From Candidatus Velthaea sp. (GTDB lineage: Bacteria > Vulcanimicrobiota > Vulcanimicrobiia > Vulcanimicrobiales > Vulcanimicrobiaceae), in contig JBEKHC010000031.1 in NCBI GenBank assembly GCA_050012475.1, forward strand, positions 1 to 49,636: DNA of 49,636 nt. The letters are read 5' to 3'. A program made the position numbers and the translations under genes. Of this stretch, positions 1 to 9,274 are shown one piece after another. The number at the start of each line of letters is the position of its first letter. Position 1 is the first letter of the stretch. The notes beneath the pieces are model-generated. The model was given only the letters and a program-made list of their open reading frames with translations. It was not told where the DNA came from and ran no database searches.

Positions 1-505
1 GCAAATACGCCGCCGCGCGCGCAACGATCGTGCGCAGCGAGATGAACGACGCATCGATCACGATGAGATCGAAGCCGGCGGGGAACGCGTCGTCGGCCAG
101 AGTGCGAAAGTTCGTTCGCTCGATCACGGTGACGCGCGGATCGGTGCGAAGTTTCCAGGCGATCTGCCCGTAACCGACGTCGACCGCCGTCACGTGGCGC
201 GCACCTCGCGCCAGCACGGCATCGGTGAAGCCGCCCGTCGACGCGCCGACGTCGAGCACGTCGCAACCCGCGAGCGCAAGGTCGAATTGCGTCAACGCTG
301 CGGCGAGTTTGTCCCCGCCGCGACTGACGAACGCGGGCGCCGCTTCCACTTCGAGCGTCGCCCCGGTACGCAGCAGGGCACCGGCCTTTGCCGCAGGATG
401 TCCGTCGACGCGCACTTTCCCGGCCAGGATTAGGCCGCGCGCCTGCGAGCGCGTCAAACCCATCCGCGCCGCGACGGCCGAATCGAGGCGTTCGCGTTCA
501 ACCAT
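1..505 (-). CDS. tlyA: TlyA family rRNA 2'-O-methyltransferase/hemolysin A (runs off the window's left edge)
   Basis: Manual translation from ATG 505: MVERERLDSAVAARMGLTRSQARGLILAGKVRVDG (S4 domain), then FVSRGGDKL, LDVGASTGGFTD and VDVGYGQIAWKLR motifs. Confidence 0.93.
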   Translation of the reverse strand, partial: MVERERLDSAVAARMGLTRSQARGLILAGKVRVDGHPAAKAGALLRTGATLEVEAAPAFVSRGGDKLAAALTQFDLALAGCDVLDVGASTGGFTDAVLARGARHVTAVDVGYGQIAWKLRTDPRVTVIERTNFRTLADDAFPAGFDLIVIDASFISLRTIVARAAAYL

Positions 506-518
506 TCGCTCGAACGGC

Positions 519-779
519 TCAGAACGGGGCGTCGTCGTCGAGCGGTTGGGCGTCCGCAGGCCCCTTCGGTACGGCGGGCACGGCGGTTCCGGCGACCGCG
601 GCGTCGATCGTGTCCTGAGCAGACTTGAGCATCGACTCGCAGCGCCGGGCCAATTCGCGGCCTTCCTGGAAAAGCTCGACCGACCGGTCGAGCGACACGG
701 TATCGCCTTCGAGCTGGTGGACGATCTCTTCGAGCCGCTTGAGCGACGTCTCGAAGGTCGCCGCCTTATTCTCCGCCAT
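519..779 (-). CDS. xseB: Exodeoxyribonuclease VII small subunit
   Basis: TFETSLKRLEEIVHQLEGDTVSLDRSVELFQEG motif; follows xseA; start placed at ATG 779. Confidence 0.93.
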   Translation of the reverse strand: MAENKAATFETSLKRLEEIVHQLEGDTVSLDRSVELFQEGRELARRCESMLKSAQDTIDAAVAGTAVPAVPKGPADAQPLDDDAPF

Positions 780-2193
780 CTTCGGTCGTGGCTTCGACGC
801 GTGCGGTGAGCCTTCCGCGGGCGAGCTGCGCGCTGATGAGCGAACCAAGCCCCACCGCGGCCGCATCGCGGACCGCTACACCGTTGACGCTGACGATGGC
901 ATAACCGCGCTGCAGGATTCGGGTCGGGTCGCGGCCGTCCAACTTGGCCCCGGTCAACTCGAGTTTGGCCCGCCGCCGTACCAGGCCGGCCTTCGCTGCC
1001 GGCGCAACGCGCGCCGCCACGTCGACCAGCCGGCGCCGTTCGCGCGCCACCGCCGCGCCGACCGCGCTGCGCAACCGGTACGTCGCAAGGGTCAAACGTT
1101 CGCGCCGCCGGCCCAACCGCACGCTGGGATTGCACTTCTCCAAACGCGCGGTCAGGACCGCAAGCCGCGCGACGCGGGCCCGCATGCGCCGGTCGAATGC
1201 ACTCTGCAATTCGTTGGCGGCTACATCGATCGTCTGCCGGCGGCCGTCGAACAGCCGCCGCGGCGCGCGCAGCACCGAGCGCACTTCGATCTTCTGCAGC
1301 TCGCGGCGATTTCGCTCGACGCTCCGCTCGACGCAGCGGTCGAGCGCGCGCGTCCGCTCGACGAGTTGCCGGAGCAGATCCTCGCGCCGCGGTAAAAACG
1401 TTTGCGCCGCCGCCGAGGGTGTCGCAGCGCGGCCGTCGGCAACGAAGTCGGTCAACGGAGCGTCGGCTTCATGTCCGATTGCCGAAATGGTCGGATGAGC
1501 GCAGCGCGCCAATGCGCGCACGACGCGTTCGTCATTGAAGACGAACAAATCTTCATACGAGCCGCCGCCCCGCGCGAGCACGATGAGGTCGACGGCGGCG
1601 GCCGATGCACGCGCGAGGGCGCGCACGATGTCGGGCGCCGCCGCATCGCCCTGCACGAGGGTCTCGAAGAATTCGATCGCAACGTGCGGTGCGCGCGCTT
1701 TCGCCTGCATGAGAAAATCGCCGGCGCCGTTGGCATTGCGCGATGACACGAGCGCAACCCGAAACGGGAAACGCGGTACGGGCCGCTTGCGCTCGCTGGC
1801 GAAAAGTCCCTCCGCCTGCAGCCGGCGCTTGAGCGCTTCGTACATGGCGTGCAGGCGGCCGAGTCCGCCGTCTTCGACCGACGTGACCACGAGCTGATAG
1901 TTACTGCGCTTGGCGAACGTGCCCACGCCGCCGACGGCGACGATTTCCTGACCGTTGGCGAGCGGCGGCAGATTTACCGCGGCATCGCTCCAGACGATGC
2001 ACTTCACGAGCGCGTCACGATCTTTCAGATCGAAATACACGTTCCCGTTCGCATTTTCCGTCAGGCCGGAAATTTCGCCGCGCACGCCGATGCGGCGCAG
2101 CTTCGGATCGGCGTCGAGCTTTTTGGCGATGTAGCGCGCCAGACGCCAAACCGGAACGACCGGATACGGCGGAGCGGGTTCGACCGCCCGCAT
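766..2193 (-). CDS. xseA: Exodeoxyribonuclease VII large subunit
   Basis: GEISG..GNVYFDLKD OB-fold; ARGGGSYEDLFVFNDE, SAIGHEAD and TPSAAA motifs. Confidence 0.96.
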   Translation of the reverse strand: MRAVEPAPPYPVVPVWRLARYIAKKLDADPKLRRIGVRGEISGLTENANGNVYFDLKDRDALVKCIVWSDAAVNLPPLANGQEIVAVGGVGTFAKRSNYQLVVTSVEDGGLGRLHAMYEALKRRLQAEGLFASERKRPVPRFPFRVALVSSRNANGAGDFLMQAKARAPHVAIEFFETLVQGDAAAPDIVRALARASAAAVDLIVLARGGGSYEDLFVFNDERVVRALARCAHPTISAIGHEADAPLTDFVADGRAATPSAAAQTFLPRREDLLRQLVERTRALDRCVERSVERNRRELQKIEVRSVLRAPRRLFDGRRQTIDVAANELQSAFDRRMRARVARLAVLTARLEKCNPSVRLGRRRERLTLATYRLRSAVGAAVARERRRLVDVAARVAPAAKAGLVRRRAKLELTGAKLDGRDPTRILQRGYAIVSVNGVAVRDAAAVGLGSLISAQLARGRLTARVEATTEDGGE

Positions 2194-4253
2194 CAGGGCG
2201 TCGCTGCCGGCGCGGGCTGTTCTTCGGCGGCGGCTCGCGGTGAGCGACGGCGCGGCGGAGGCGTTTCACCATTACCGCAGACGTGCGCCGGTTCGGTTCC
2301 GTCCAAGAACACCTCGCTTTGCCCGCTGCCGCACAGCGTCACGCGGCGCACTTCCCCGGCCGGCAAGACGAAATCGTGTTTGGGTGTCTTGGCCAACGCC
2401 GCTTTCATGAAGCGCGCCCAAATGCGCGCCGGGATGTTCCCGCCGTAGCTCTCGGTCATACGGCGATAATCGTCGTTGCCCACCCAGACGGCCGTCACCA
2501 AGTCGGGTGTGAACCCGACGAACCAGGCGTCGCGAAAGTCGGACGTCGTGCCGGTTTTTCCCGCCGCCGGGCGGCCGAGATCGGCGTTCGGGTAGCCGGT
2601 CCCGTGCTGGATCACCGACTCGAGCAGCGACGTCATGACATATGCGGTACCGGCGCTGATGACTTCGGTTTGGGCGGGATACGTGTTGTCGATGATGGGC
2701 GTACCGAGCGAGTCACGCACGATCCGCAGCGGCGACGGATCGATGTGGATGCCGGCGTTGGCAATCGTTGCGTAGCCCGCCGCCATGTCGAGCGGCGAAA
2801 CGACGCTCGAACCCAACGCGAGCGACAGATTCGCTTCCAGCGGCGACTTCACGCCCATGCGCTTGGCGTACTCAATGACTTTGTCGATGCCGACTTGGTC
2901 GGCCAGTTTGACCGCGACCACGTTGCGCGATTGCGCCAGCGCGTAGCGCATCGTGATCGCACCGAAAAAGCGGTTATCGTCATCCATCGGCGCCCAGCGC
3001 GTGCCGTCGCCCATCGGATAGCTGACCGGCGTGTCTTCGAGAATCGTCGTCGGCGGCATCCCGCTGTCCACGGCTGCCGTGTACACGAAGACTTTGAACG
3101 ACGATCCCGGCTGCCGCCGTGCTTGCCAGGCGCGATTGAACTGGTTGTTGAGCGAAAAGCCGCCTGCCCCGCCGACGAGAGCCAAGATCTCGCCCGTCGA
3201 CGGCCGCAGCGCGACGAGCGCCGCTTGCCCGGCGCCGATGCCTTCGACCTTTGCGCGCCGGATGCCCCAATCGACGGCCTCTTGGCCGAGGGTTTGCAGC
3301 TTGGGATCGAGCGTGGTGTACACCTGCAAGCCACCTTCGTACGTCGCCTTGTTGCCGAATTGCGTTTCGAGCTCGTGCGTGACGTAGGTGGTGAAATACG
3401 GATAAGCGTACGACTGCAAACCCGTCGGCCGGTCGCCGATGAGCTGGAGCGGACGCGCGGCTTCGACGCGCTCCTGCTCGGCGGTAATGAATCCGCTGGC
3501 GACCATGCGCCCCAGCACGTGACGTTGGCGTTCTTTGGCTCGTTTGAGGTTGACGTACGGCGAATATGCCGACGGCGCGGCCGGCATCCCGGCCAGTAAT
3601 GCGGCTTGCCCGATGGTCAGCCGGCCGACGCTGGTTCCGAAGTACGTATGCGCCGCCGCTTCGATGCCGTACGCGCCCGACCCAAAATAAATGATGTTGA
3701 GGTAACGCTCGAGGATTTCGTCTTTGGTGTAAAAACGCTCGATCTCGATCGCCAGCAACGCCTCTTCGACTTTGCGCGAAAGCGAAACCTCGTCGTTGAG
3801 AAACAGCTTGCGCGCCAATTGCTGAGTGATCGTCGACGCGCCTTGGAACTGCTCGTGCCGGTAATCGGCGTACGCGGCGCGCGCGATACCGCCCAGGTCG
3901 ACGCCATGATGGTTGTAAAAATTCCGGTCTTCGGTCGCAATGAACGCATTGCGCACGATCACCGGGATCTTGTCGATCGTCACCCAGGTTCGGTTTTGCG
4001 CAAACAGATTTGCCAGCGGCGTGCCGTCGCGGGCGAAGACCCGCGTGGTCCGCGACGGCTGGTAGTCGGCCATGCGATTGATGTCGGGCAGGCCTTTGGA
4101 GTACGACGTCACGATGCCGGCAATGACGCCGATCGCGAGCAACACGGCAAAGATGCACACCACGAACGCGCAGCGGACGAACAGCCAGATGAGCCCCAGC
4201 ACCCCGCGAACGGGCCCGCGCCGCTTGCGCGCCGCGGGACGTACGCCGATCAC
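2193..4253 (-). CDS. Class A penicillin-binding protein (PBP1A family, transglycosylase-transpeptidase)
   Basis: N-terminal TM; EDRNFYNHHG and GASTITQQLARK (GT51); SSFK, SRN and KTGT transpeptidase motifs. Confidence 0.95.
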   Translation of the reverse strand: MIGVRPAARKRRGPVRGVLGLIWLFVRCAFVVCIFAVLLAIGVIAGIVTSYSKGLPDINRMADYQPSRTTRVFARDGTPLANLFAQNRTWVTIDKIPVIVRNAFIATEDRNFYNHHGVDLGGIARAAYADYRHEQFQGASTITQQLARKLFLNDEVSLSRKVEEALLAIEIERFYTKDEILERYLNIIYFGSGAYGIEAAAHTYFGTSVGRLTIGQAALLAGMPAAPSAYSPYVNLKRAKERQRHVLGRMVASGFITAEQERVEAARPLQLIGDRPTGLQSYAYPYFTTYVTHELETQFGNKATYEGGLQVYTTLDPKLQTLGQEAVDWGIRRAKVEGIGAGQAALVALRPSTGEILALVGGAGGFSLNNQFNRAWQARRQPGSSFKVFVYTAAVDSGMPPTTILEDTPVSYPMGDGTRWAPMDDDNRFFGAITMRYALAQSRNVVAVKLADQVGIDKVIEYAKRMGVKSPLEANLSLALGSSVVSPLDMAAGYATIANAGIHIDPSPLRIVRDSLGTPIIDNTYPAQTEVISAGTAYVMTSLLESVIQHGTGYPNADLGRPAAGKTGTTSDFRDAWFVGFTPDLVTAVWVGNDDYRRMTESYGGNIPARIWARFMKAALAKTPKHDFVLPAGEVRRVTLCGSGQSEVFLDGTEPAHVCGNGETPPPRRRSPRAAAEEQPAPAATP

Positions 4254-4639
4254 GGTTTGGCCTTCGCCAGCACGCCGTTCACGAAGCGGCCCGAATCTTC
4301 GGTCGAGAACTTCTTCGCCAGTTCGACGGCTTCGTTGATGATGACGGGCCCCGGAGTCGAGCGATGATTGAGTTCGAAAACGCTCATGCGCAGCACGATC
4401 CGGTCGATCGTCGGCAGCCGGTCGAGGGTCCAGCCTTCGAGCAGCGGCGCGAGGATCGCATCGCTTTCGGCGGCGTTTTCCAGCGTGCCGAGCACCAGAT
4501 CGCGCACGAACAACCGCGTTTCGGCGCCCGCGGTGGCCCCGACGGTTTCGTCGATCATCTCACTGGGCGCCCGATGTCCGATCTCGGCGCCGTACAATGC
4601 CTGCAGCGCCAGTTCGCGCGCGTGTCGTCGAGAAGGCAT
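4250..4639 (-). CDS. nusB: Transcription antitermination factor NusB
   Basis: RRHARELALQALY, IINEAVELAKKFS and FVNGVL. Confidence 0.96.
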   Translation of the reverse strand: MPSRRHARELALQALYGAEIGHRAPSEMIDETVGATAGAETRLFVRDLVLGTLENAAESDAILAPLLEGWTLDRLPTIDRIVLRMSVFELNHRSTPGPVIINEAVELAKKFSTEDSGRFVNGVLAKAKP

Positions 4640-4645
4640 GCAGTA

Positions 4646-6019
4646 CTACGCCGCACCCGCACCGGCGAGCTCTGCGCGCCGCGTCATGAAGTCGTTTTTG
4701 AGCCATTCAACGCGCACACCGCCGCGCCGGAACTCTTCGGACCGCATCACGTCGGCGCAAAAGCCGACCGTCGTTTTGACGCCTTCGATGCGCGTTTCCG
4801 CCAGCGCGCGCTCCATGCGCGCGATCGCCGCCGGCCGCGTGCGGGCGTGAGCCACGATCTTGGCAATCATCGAGTCGTAATACGGCGGAATGGTCGCGCC
4901 CGAGAACATGTGCGTGTCGACGCGGACGCCCGGCCCGCCGGGAAACTCGAGCCGGGTGAGCGTCCCGGCAGCGGGCGCAAAGCCGGCGTCGGGGTCTTCG
5001 GCGTTGACCCGGACTTCGATCGCGTGTCCGACCGGATGGAGTTCTTTCTGGCGGAATGCCAGCGGTTCGCCGGCGGCGACCCGAATTTGTTCCTGCACGA
5101 TGTCGACTCCGTACACCATCTCGGTGACCGGATGCTCGACTTGGACGCGGGTGTTCATCTCCATGAAATAGACGTCGGTTCCGCTGACGAGGAACTCCAG
5201 CGTCCCGGCACTGGTGTACTTGACGGCGCGCCCGGCGGCGAGCGCCGTCGCGTGTAATTTTTTGATGACGCCCGCATCGAGCGCCGGGGCCGGCGACTCC
5301 TCGATGAGTTTCTGATGCGACGGCTTCTGAATCGAACAGTCGCGCTCGCCCAGATGGACGATGGAACCGAAGATGTCGCCGATGATCTGAACTTCGACGT
5401 GGCGCGGCGCGATCAGCAGCTTCTCGACGTACAGCCGGCCGTCTTTGAAGGAGGCTTCGGCTTCGGCTTGCGCGGTCGCAAACGCGGTCGCGAAATCCTG
5501 TGGATCGTGCACCTCGCGCATGCCCTTGCCGCCGCCGCCGGCAGTTGCTTTGAGCAGCACCGGAAAGCCCATTTTTTCTGCGATGCGCTGCGCTTCGTCC
5601 ACCGACTCGACGATATCGCTGCCCGGCGTGATGGAAACCCCGGCTTGTTTCATGATCCGTTTCGCCGTCGCCTTATCGCCCATCGACGCGATGACTGCCG
5701 GTGACGGACCGATGAAGGTCAACCCGTGATCCTGCGAGATCTCGGCGAAGCGTGCGTTTTCGGCCAGAAAGCCGTATCCCGGATGGACCGCGTCGGCGCC
5801 GCAAATGAGCGCGGTCGAAATGATGTTGGGAATGTTGAGATAGGAGCGTCCGACCGGTCCTGGCCCGACGCAAAATGCCTCATCCGCCAAGCGCACGTGC
5901 AGCGAGGTGCGATCGGCTTCGGAAAAGATCGCGACGGTTTGCACGCCCAGTTCGCGGCAAGCGCGAATGATGCGCACGGCGATCTCGCCGCGGTTCGCGA
6001 TCAGAACTTTCTTAAACAT
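4646..6019 (-). CDS. accC: Acetyl-CoA carboxylase biotin carboxylase subunit
   Basis: MFKKVLIANRGEIA, HPGYGFLAEN, GGGGKGMR and EMNTRVQVEHPVTE; start ATG 6019. Confidence 0.96.
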   Translation of the reverse strand: MFKKVLIANRGEIAVRIIRACRELGVQTVAIFSEADRTSLHVRLADEAFCVGPGPVGRSYLNIPNIISTALICGADAVHPGYGFLAENARFAEISQDHGLTFIGPSPAVIASMGDKATAKRIMKQAGVSITPGSDIVESVDEAQRIAEKMGFPVLLKATAGGGGKGMREVHDPQDFATAFATAQAEAEASFKDGRLYVEKLLIAPRHVEVQIIGDIFGSIVHLGERDCSIQKPSHQKLIEESPAPALDAGVIKKLHATALAAGRAVKYTSAGTLEFLVSGTDVYFMEMNTRVQVEHPVTEMVYGVDIVQEQIRVAAGEPLAFRQKELHPVGHAIEVRVNAEDPDAGFAPAAGTLTRLEFPGGPGVRVDTHMFSGATIPPYYDSMIAKIVAHARTRPAAIARMERALAETRIEGVKTTVGFCADVMRSEEFRRGGVRVEWLKNDFMTRRAELAGAGAA

Positions 6020-6154
6020 TGAAGCGCCTGCCGAACCGTGGCGAGCTGTTGAAAAGGCGCCGCGCGGGTCGCCGGGAGCCGCCATGGGCTGAGGCGCAAC
6101 GTTCTTGCGTGCCGCTGGAGGACGGCGGCGTGAGGCGCATTTGGTTTGACATGA

Positions 6155-6571
6155 TCAGCGTTCGATAGCGAAGAGTGGTTGGCCGTATTCGACGGGCTGG
6201 CCGTCGGTGACGAAAACGGCGGCGATCCGCCCGGGGCCGCGCGAACGAACCGGGTTGCGAATGCCGAGCGCTTCGACGAACGCGAGTTCGCGATCGCTGT
6301 CGAGCCGATGACCTTCGTTGACCTGCGGGCGCGAGAAACGCACAACACCGACCAGGTCGCTCGAGACGATATCGGGTTTGGCCGCCAGTGTTTCTTCGAC
6401 TGCAACCGGCGCGACGGCGGGCGAATCGGGCGAAGCGGGCGGAATGTAGGGGCGCGATCGGCGCAGTTCCAACTCGAAATCGGCATCCTTGATCGTCGCC
6501 CGGGCTAACCCGGTGACCGTGAACGCTTCGGCCAAAGCGCGGACGCGTGCCACGATCGTATCATCGGTCAT
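6155..6571 (-). CDS. AccB/BCCP-like protein lacking the biotinylation lysine
   Basis: BCCP N-terminus, Pro/Ala linker and C-terminal DGQPVEYGQPLFAIE, but EAMK reads EALG; lies directly upstream of accC. Confidence 0.85.
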   Translation of the reverse strand: MTDDTIVARVRALAEAFTVTGLARATIKDADFELELRRSRPYIPPASPDSPAVAPVAVEETLAAKPDIVSSDLVGVVRFSRPQVNEGHRLDSDRELAFVEALGIRNPVRSRGPGRIAAVFVTDGQPVEYGQPLFAIER

Positions 6572-6685
6572 CGAAGAACCTCGCTTCGCTCCCTCCGGCG
6601 GCGGTCCCGCCACAGGGCCAGAGCCGGGCGTTCTTGGTCCCTCCGAAGCACGGGGCTTCCCAACGCTCCCGACTAAGTTTCGGCC

Positions 6686-7066
6686 ATGAGCGATATGAAT
6701 GGCGACCCAGGTTTGGCCGTCGATGACCCCTCGGTCGTGAAGAACCTCTCCGCCGAATTGCGCGATGCGCTGCGCGCGCTCGAGACCGACGAGGCGCCCG
6801 AGTTGGACCCGCGTCTGCTCGTTGAAGCGGCGGCGATCGTCAACGCGTTCGCCGCCGCCGGACTGTTGGAATTCGCCTACATCCCGCCCGAGGAGACCGG
6901 TGCCGAGGACGACGTGGCCGTGTTCGGCGTGAGCGAGGCGGCGGTGATCGAGGACGCCCCCGACGTGATCTCGCTTTTCGGCTATCTCGATCGGGCCACC
7001 GATCCGGTGCCGGTCCTGGCCTACGAAAAGCACGAGGACGACGCCGAGGAGGATGCCGACAACTAA
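6686..7066 (+). CDS. Very acidic hypothetical protein
   Basis: 126-aa ORF with protein-like composition filling the gap; TAAGTT 6 nt upstream of the ATG. Confidence 0.7.
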   Translation: MSDMNGDPGLAVDDPSVVKNLSAELRDALRALETDEAPELDPRLLVEAAAIVNAFAAAGLLEFAYIPPEETGAEDDVAVFGVSEAAVIEDAPDVISLFGYLDRATDPVPVLAYEKHEDDAEEDADN

Positions 7067-7124
7067 GCTCGACCCCGCCGAACGGGTGAAGCGCGCCGGA
7101 TGCGCCGCGTGTCATCCTACGCGC

Positions 7125-8033
7125 ATGGATACGTTACCGGGCGGCGCGCTCGCCGCACTCTCCAACGACATCGCCGCGACGGTCGAAGCGGTCGCCGCGC
7201 ATGTCGTCGCCGTCGAGGGCCGCGACCGGGTCGGCTCGAGCGGATTCTTCCTGCGCCCGAACACCGTCGTGACCGCCGATCACGCGCTGGAGTCGGACGA
7301 CATCACGGTCGTCTTCGCCGGCGGCCGGATCGAAAAGGCGCGCATCGCCGGCCGCGATGCCGCGACCGACATCGCACTGCTCAGCGTTCCGACCCCCGGG
7401 TCGTCCGCGCTCGCAACGACCGCGGACGACGCTCCCCGCGTGGGGGCGATCGCACTGGCCGTCGCCCGCGACGACGACGGCGACTTGTCGGCGACGATGG
7501 GTGTCGTCGGTTCGGTCGGCGCCGCTTGGCGGACTTGGCGCGGCGGCGAGATCGACCGGTTCGTGCGCGCCGACCTTGCCCTGTACCCGCGCTTTTCGGG
7601 CAGCCCGCTCGTCGACGCGACGGGCCGGCTCATCGGCATGAATACCTGGGGATTATCCCGCCGTCAGGCCGTCGTCGTTCCGGCGGCCACGATCGCTCGC
7701 GTCGTCGAAGCGTTGGGAACGCGTGGGCACATCCCGCGCGGCTACCTCGGACTGGCGATGCAGCGCATCGGTCTGCCCCCGGCGTTGGGCGGCGGCAGCG
7801 GGGTCATCACACTGAGCGTCGCCCCCGGCGGTCCGGCCGAAGCCGGCGGGTTCATCGTGGGCGACATCGTTCTCCGCCTAGGCGAAACGCGAATCGCCGA
7901 CAGCGACGATGTCCAGGCTTGGCTCGACACGGCCGGAGTCGGATCGTCGGCGGTCGCCGGCATCTTGCGGGGCGGCAAGCCGCTTGAGCTGCAGGTCACG
8001 ATCGGCGAAAGGCCGGCCGCCGATGACGACTGA
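7125..8033 (+). CDS. S1C/HtrA-like serine protease with PDZ domain, no signal peptide
   Basis: VVTADH, DIALL and LYPRFSGSPL triad segments; C-terminal PDZ (GYLGL..GGPAEAGGFIVGDIV). Confidence 0.88.
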   Translation: MDTLPGGALAALSNDIAATVEAVAAHVVAVEGRDRVGSSGFFLRPNTVVTADHALESDDITVVFAGGRIEKARIAGRDAATDIALLSVPTPGSSALATTADDAPRVGAIALAVARDDDGDLSATMGVVGSVGAAWRTWRGGEIDRFVRADLALYPRFSGSPLVDATGRLIGMNTWGLSRRQAVVVPAATIARVVEALGTRGHIPRGYLGLAMQRIGLPPALGGGSGVITLSVAPGGPAEAGGFIVGDIVLRLGETRIADSDDVQAWLDTAGVGSSAVAGILRGGKPLELQVTIGERPAADDD

Positions 8034-8817
8034 ACTCGAGCGCGACCTCGCAGCGCTGGCCGCCAAACTGCGCGCCTCGTCCGTCGCCGTTCATAGCGAA
8101 CGCGGTCAAGGATCGGGCAGCGGCGTCATTTGGTCCGCGGACGGCACGATCGTCACCAATGCCCACGTTGCCCGGACTACCGGCGTCACGATCGATTTCG
8201 GCAACGGCCGCCGGCTGCGCGGCACCGTCGACCGGCGCGACGAGCGGCGCGATCTCGCGCGCGTGCGGATCGCCGCGGGCGACGTCGCCGCCTGCGAACG
8301 CCGCGACCCGGCCGAGTTGCAGGTCGGCGAGTTCGTGGCGGCGTTCGGCCATCCGCTGGGCGTGCGCGATGTGCTCAGCACGGGAATCGTTCACGCCCGG
8401 CATCGCTCCGGCGGCGGCGGCTTCGTGCAGGCCGACGTCAAGCTCGCCCCCGGCAATTCGGGCGGAGCGCTTGCGGACGCGCGCGGACGCGTGGTTGGAA
8501 TCAACAGCATGGTCGCCGGCGGATTGGCATTGGCCATCCCGGCCGACGAGGTCGAACGCTTCATGAACGACGCCGCCGCGCCGCGCTTGGGCGTCCGCGT
8601 TGCTCCGGTGCGCATCGCCGGGCGCACCGGGCTCGTCGTGTTGGCGATCGATCCGCATGGTCCGGCCGAACGTTCGGGCGTCATTCCCGGCGATATCATC
8701 CTTGCGCCGGGGCTCGCGGAACTGAGCGCAGCCCGCAGCATCGACCTGCTGCGCGGAGGGTCGCCGCTGCGCGTCGCGATCGCCGGCGCGAACGAGGGTC
8801 CCGCCGCTGCCGCGTGA
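8023..8817 (+). CDS. Trypsin-like (S1C) serine protease with short PDZ-like tail
   Basis: GSGSGVIW..IVTNAHV, DLA and PGNSGGAL motifs. Confidence 0.9.
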   Translation: MTTELERDLAALAAKLRASSVAVHSERGQGSGSGVIWSADGTIVTNAHVARTTGVTIDFGNGRRLRGTVDRRDERRDLARVRIAAGDVAACERRDPAELQVGEFVAAFGHPLGVRDVLSTGIVHARHRSGGGGFVQADVKLAPGNSGGALADARGRVVGINSMVAGGLALAIPADEVERFMNDAAAPRLGVRVAPVRIAGRTGLVVLAIDPHGPAERSGVIPGDIILAPGLAELSAARSIDLLRGGSPLRVAIAGANEGPAAAA

Positions 8818-8836
8818 TCCCGCCCTCGACGTCGTC

Positions 8837-9274
8837 GTGCGCGATCTCGCCGACGACCGCGCGGTCGCGGCGGCCCTCGGCGAACGGTTCGACGATCGGC
8901 CGACCATCGTCAAGGTCGAGGATCCGCGGGCCCAGACCAGCCGGGCCCTGCTGCGCGCCGGGGCCCGGGGCGTCATTGGCCGCGACGCCGGACCCGAGGA
9001 TATCGCCGCCGCGGTCGCGGCCGTCGCGCGCGGCTACCTCGTGTTGGCTGACGGACCGCTTTCCGCCGGCGACGACGCGGCGCTCACGCCGCGCGAACGG
9101 GACGTGCTCGACATGCTCGCCGCGGGCTTGTCGAACAAGCAGATCGGAGCGCGTTTATCGCTGGCTGAAAACACCGTGAAGTTTCACGTCGCTTCGATTT
9201 TGGCCAAACTCGACGCCACGACGCGCACCGGTGCCGTAGCGATCGGCGTGCGCCGCGGCTGGGTCATGTTGTGA
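8837..9274 (+). CDS. LuxR/NarL-type HTH regulator with truncated receiver domain (start uncertain)
   Basis: LTPRERDVLDMLAAGLSNKQIGARLSLAENTVKFHVASILAKL; only the C-terminal half of REC (ALLRAGARGVI) is visible. Confidence 0.88.
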   Translation: MRDLADDRAVAAALGERFDDRPTIVKVEDPRAQTSRALLRAGARGVIGRDAGPEDIAAAVAAVARGYLVLADGPLSAGDDAALTPRERDVLDMLAAGLSNKQIGARLSLAENTVKFHVASILAKLDATTRTGAVAIGVRRGWVML

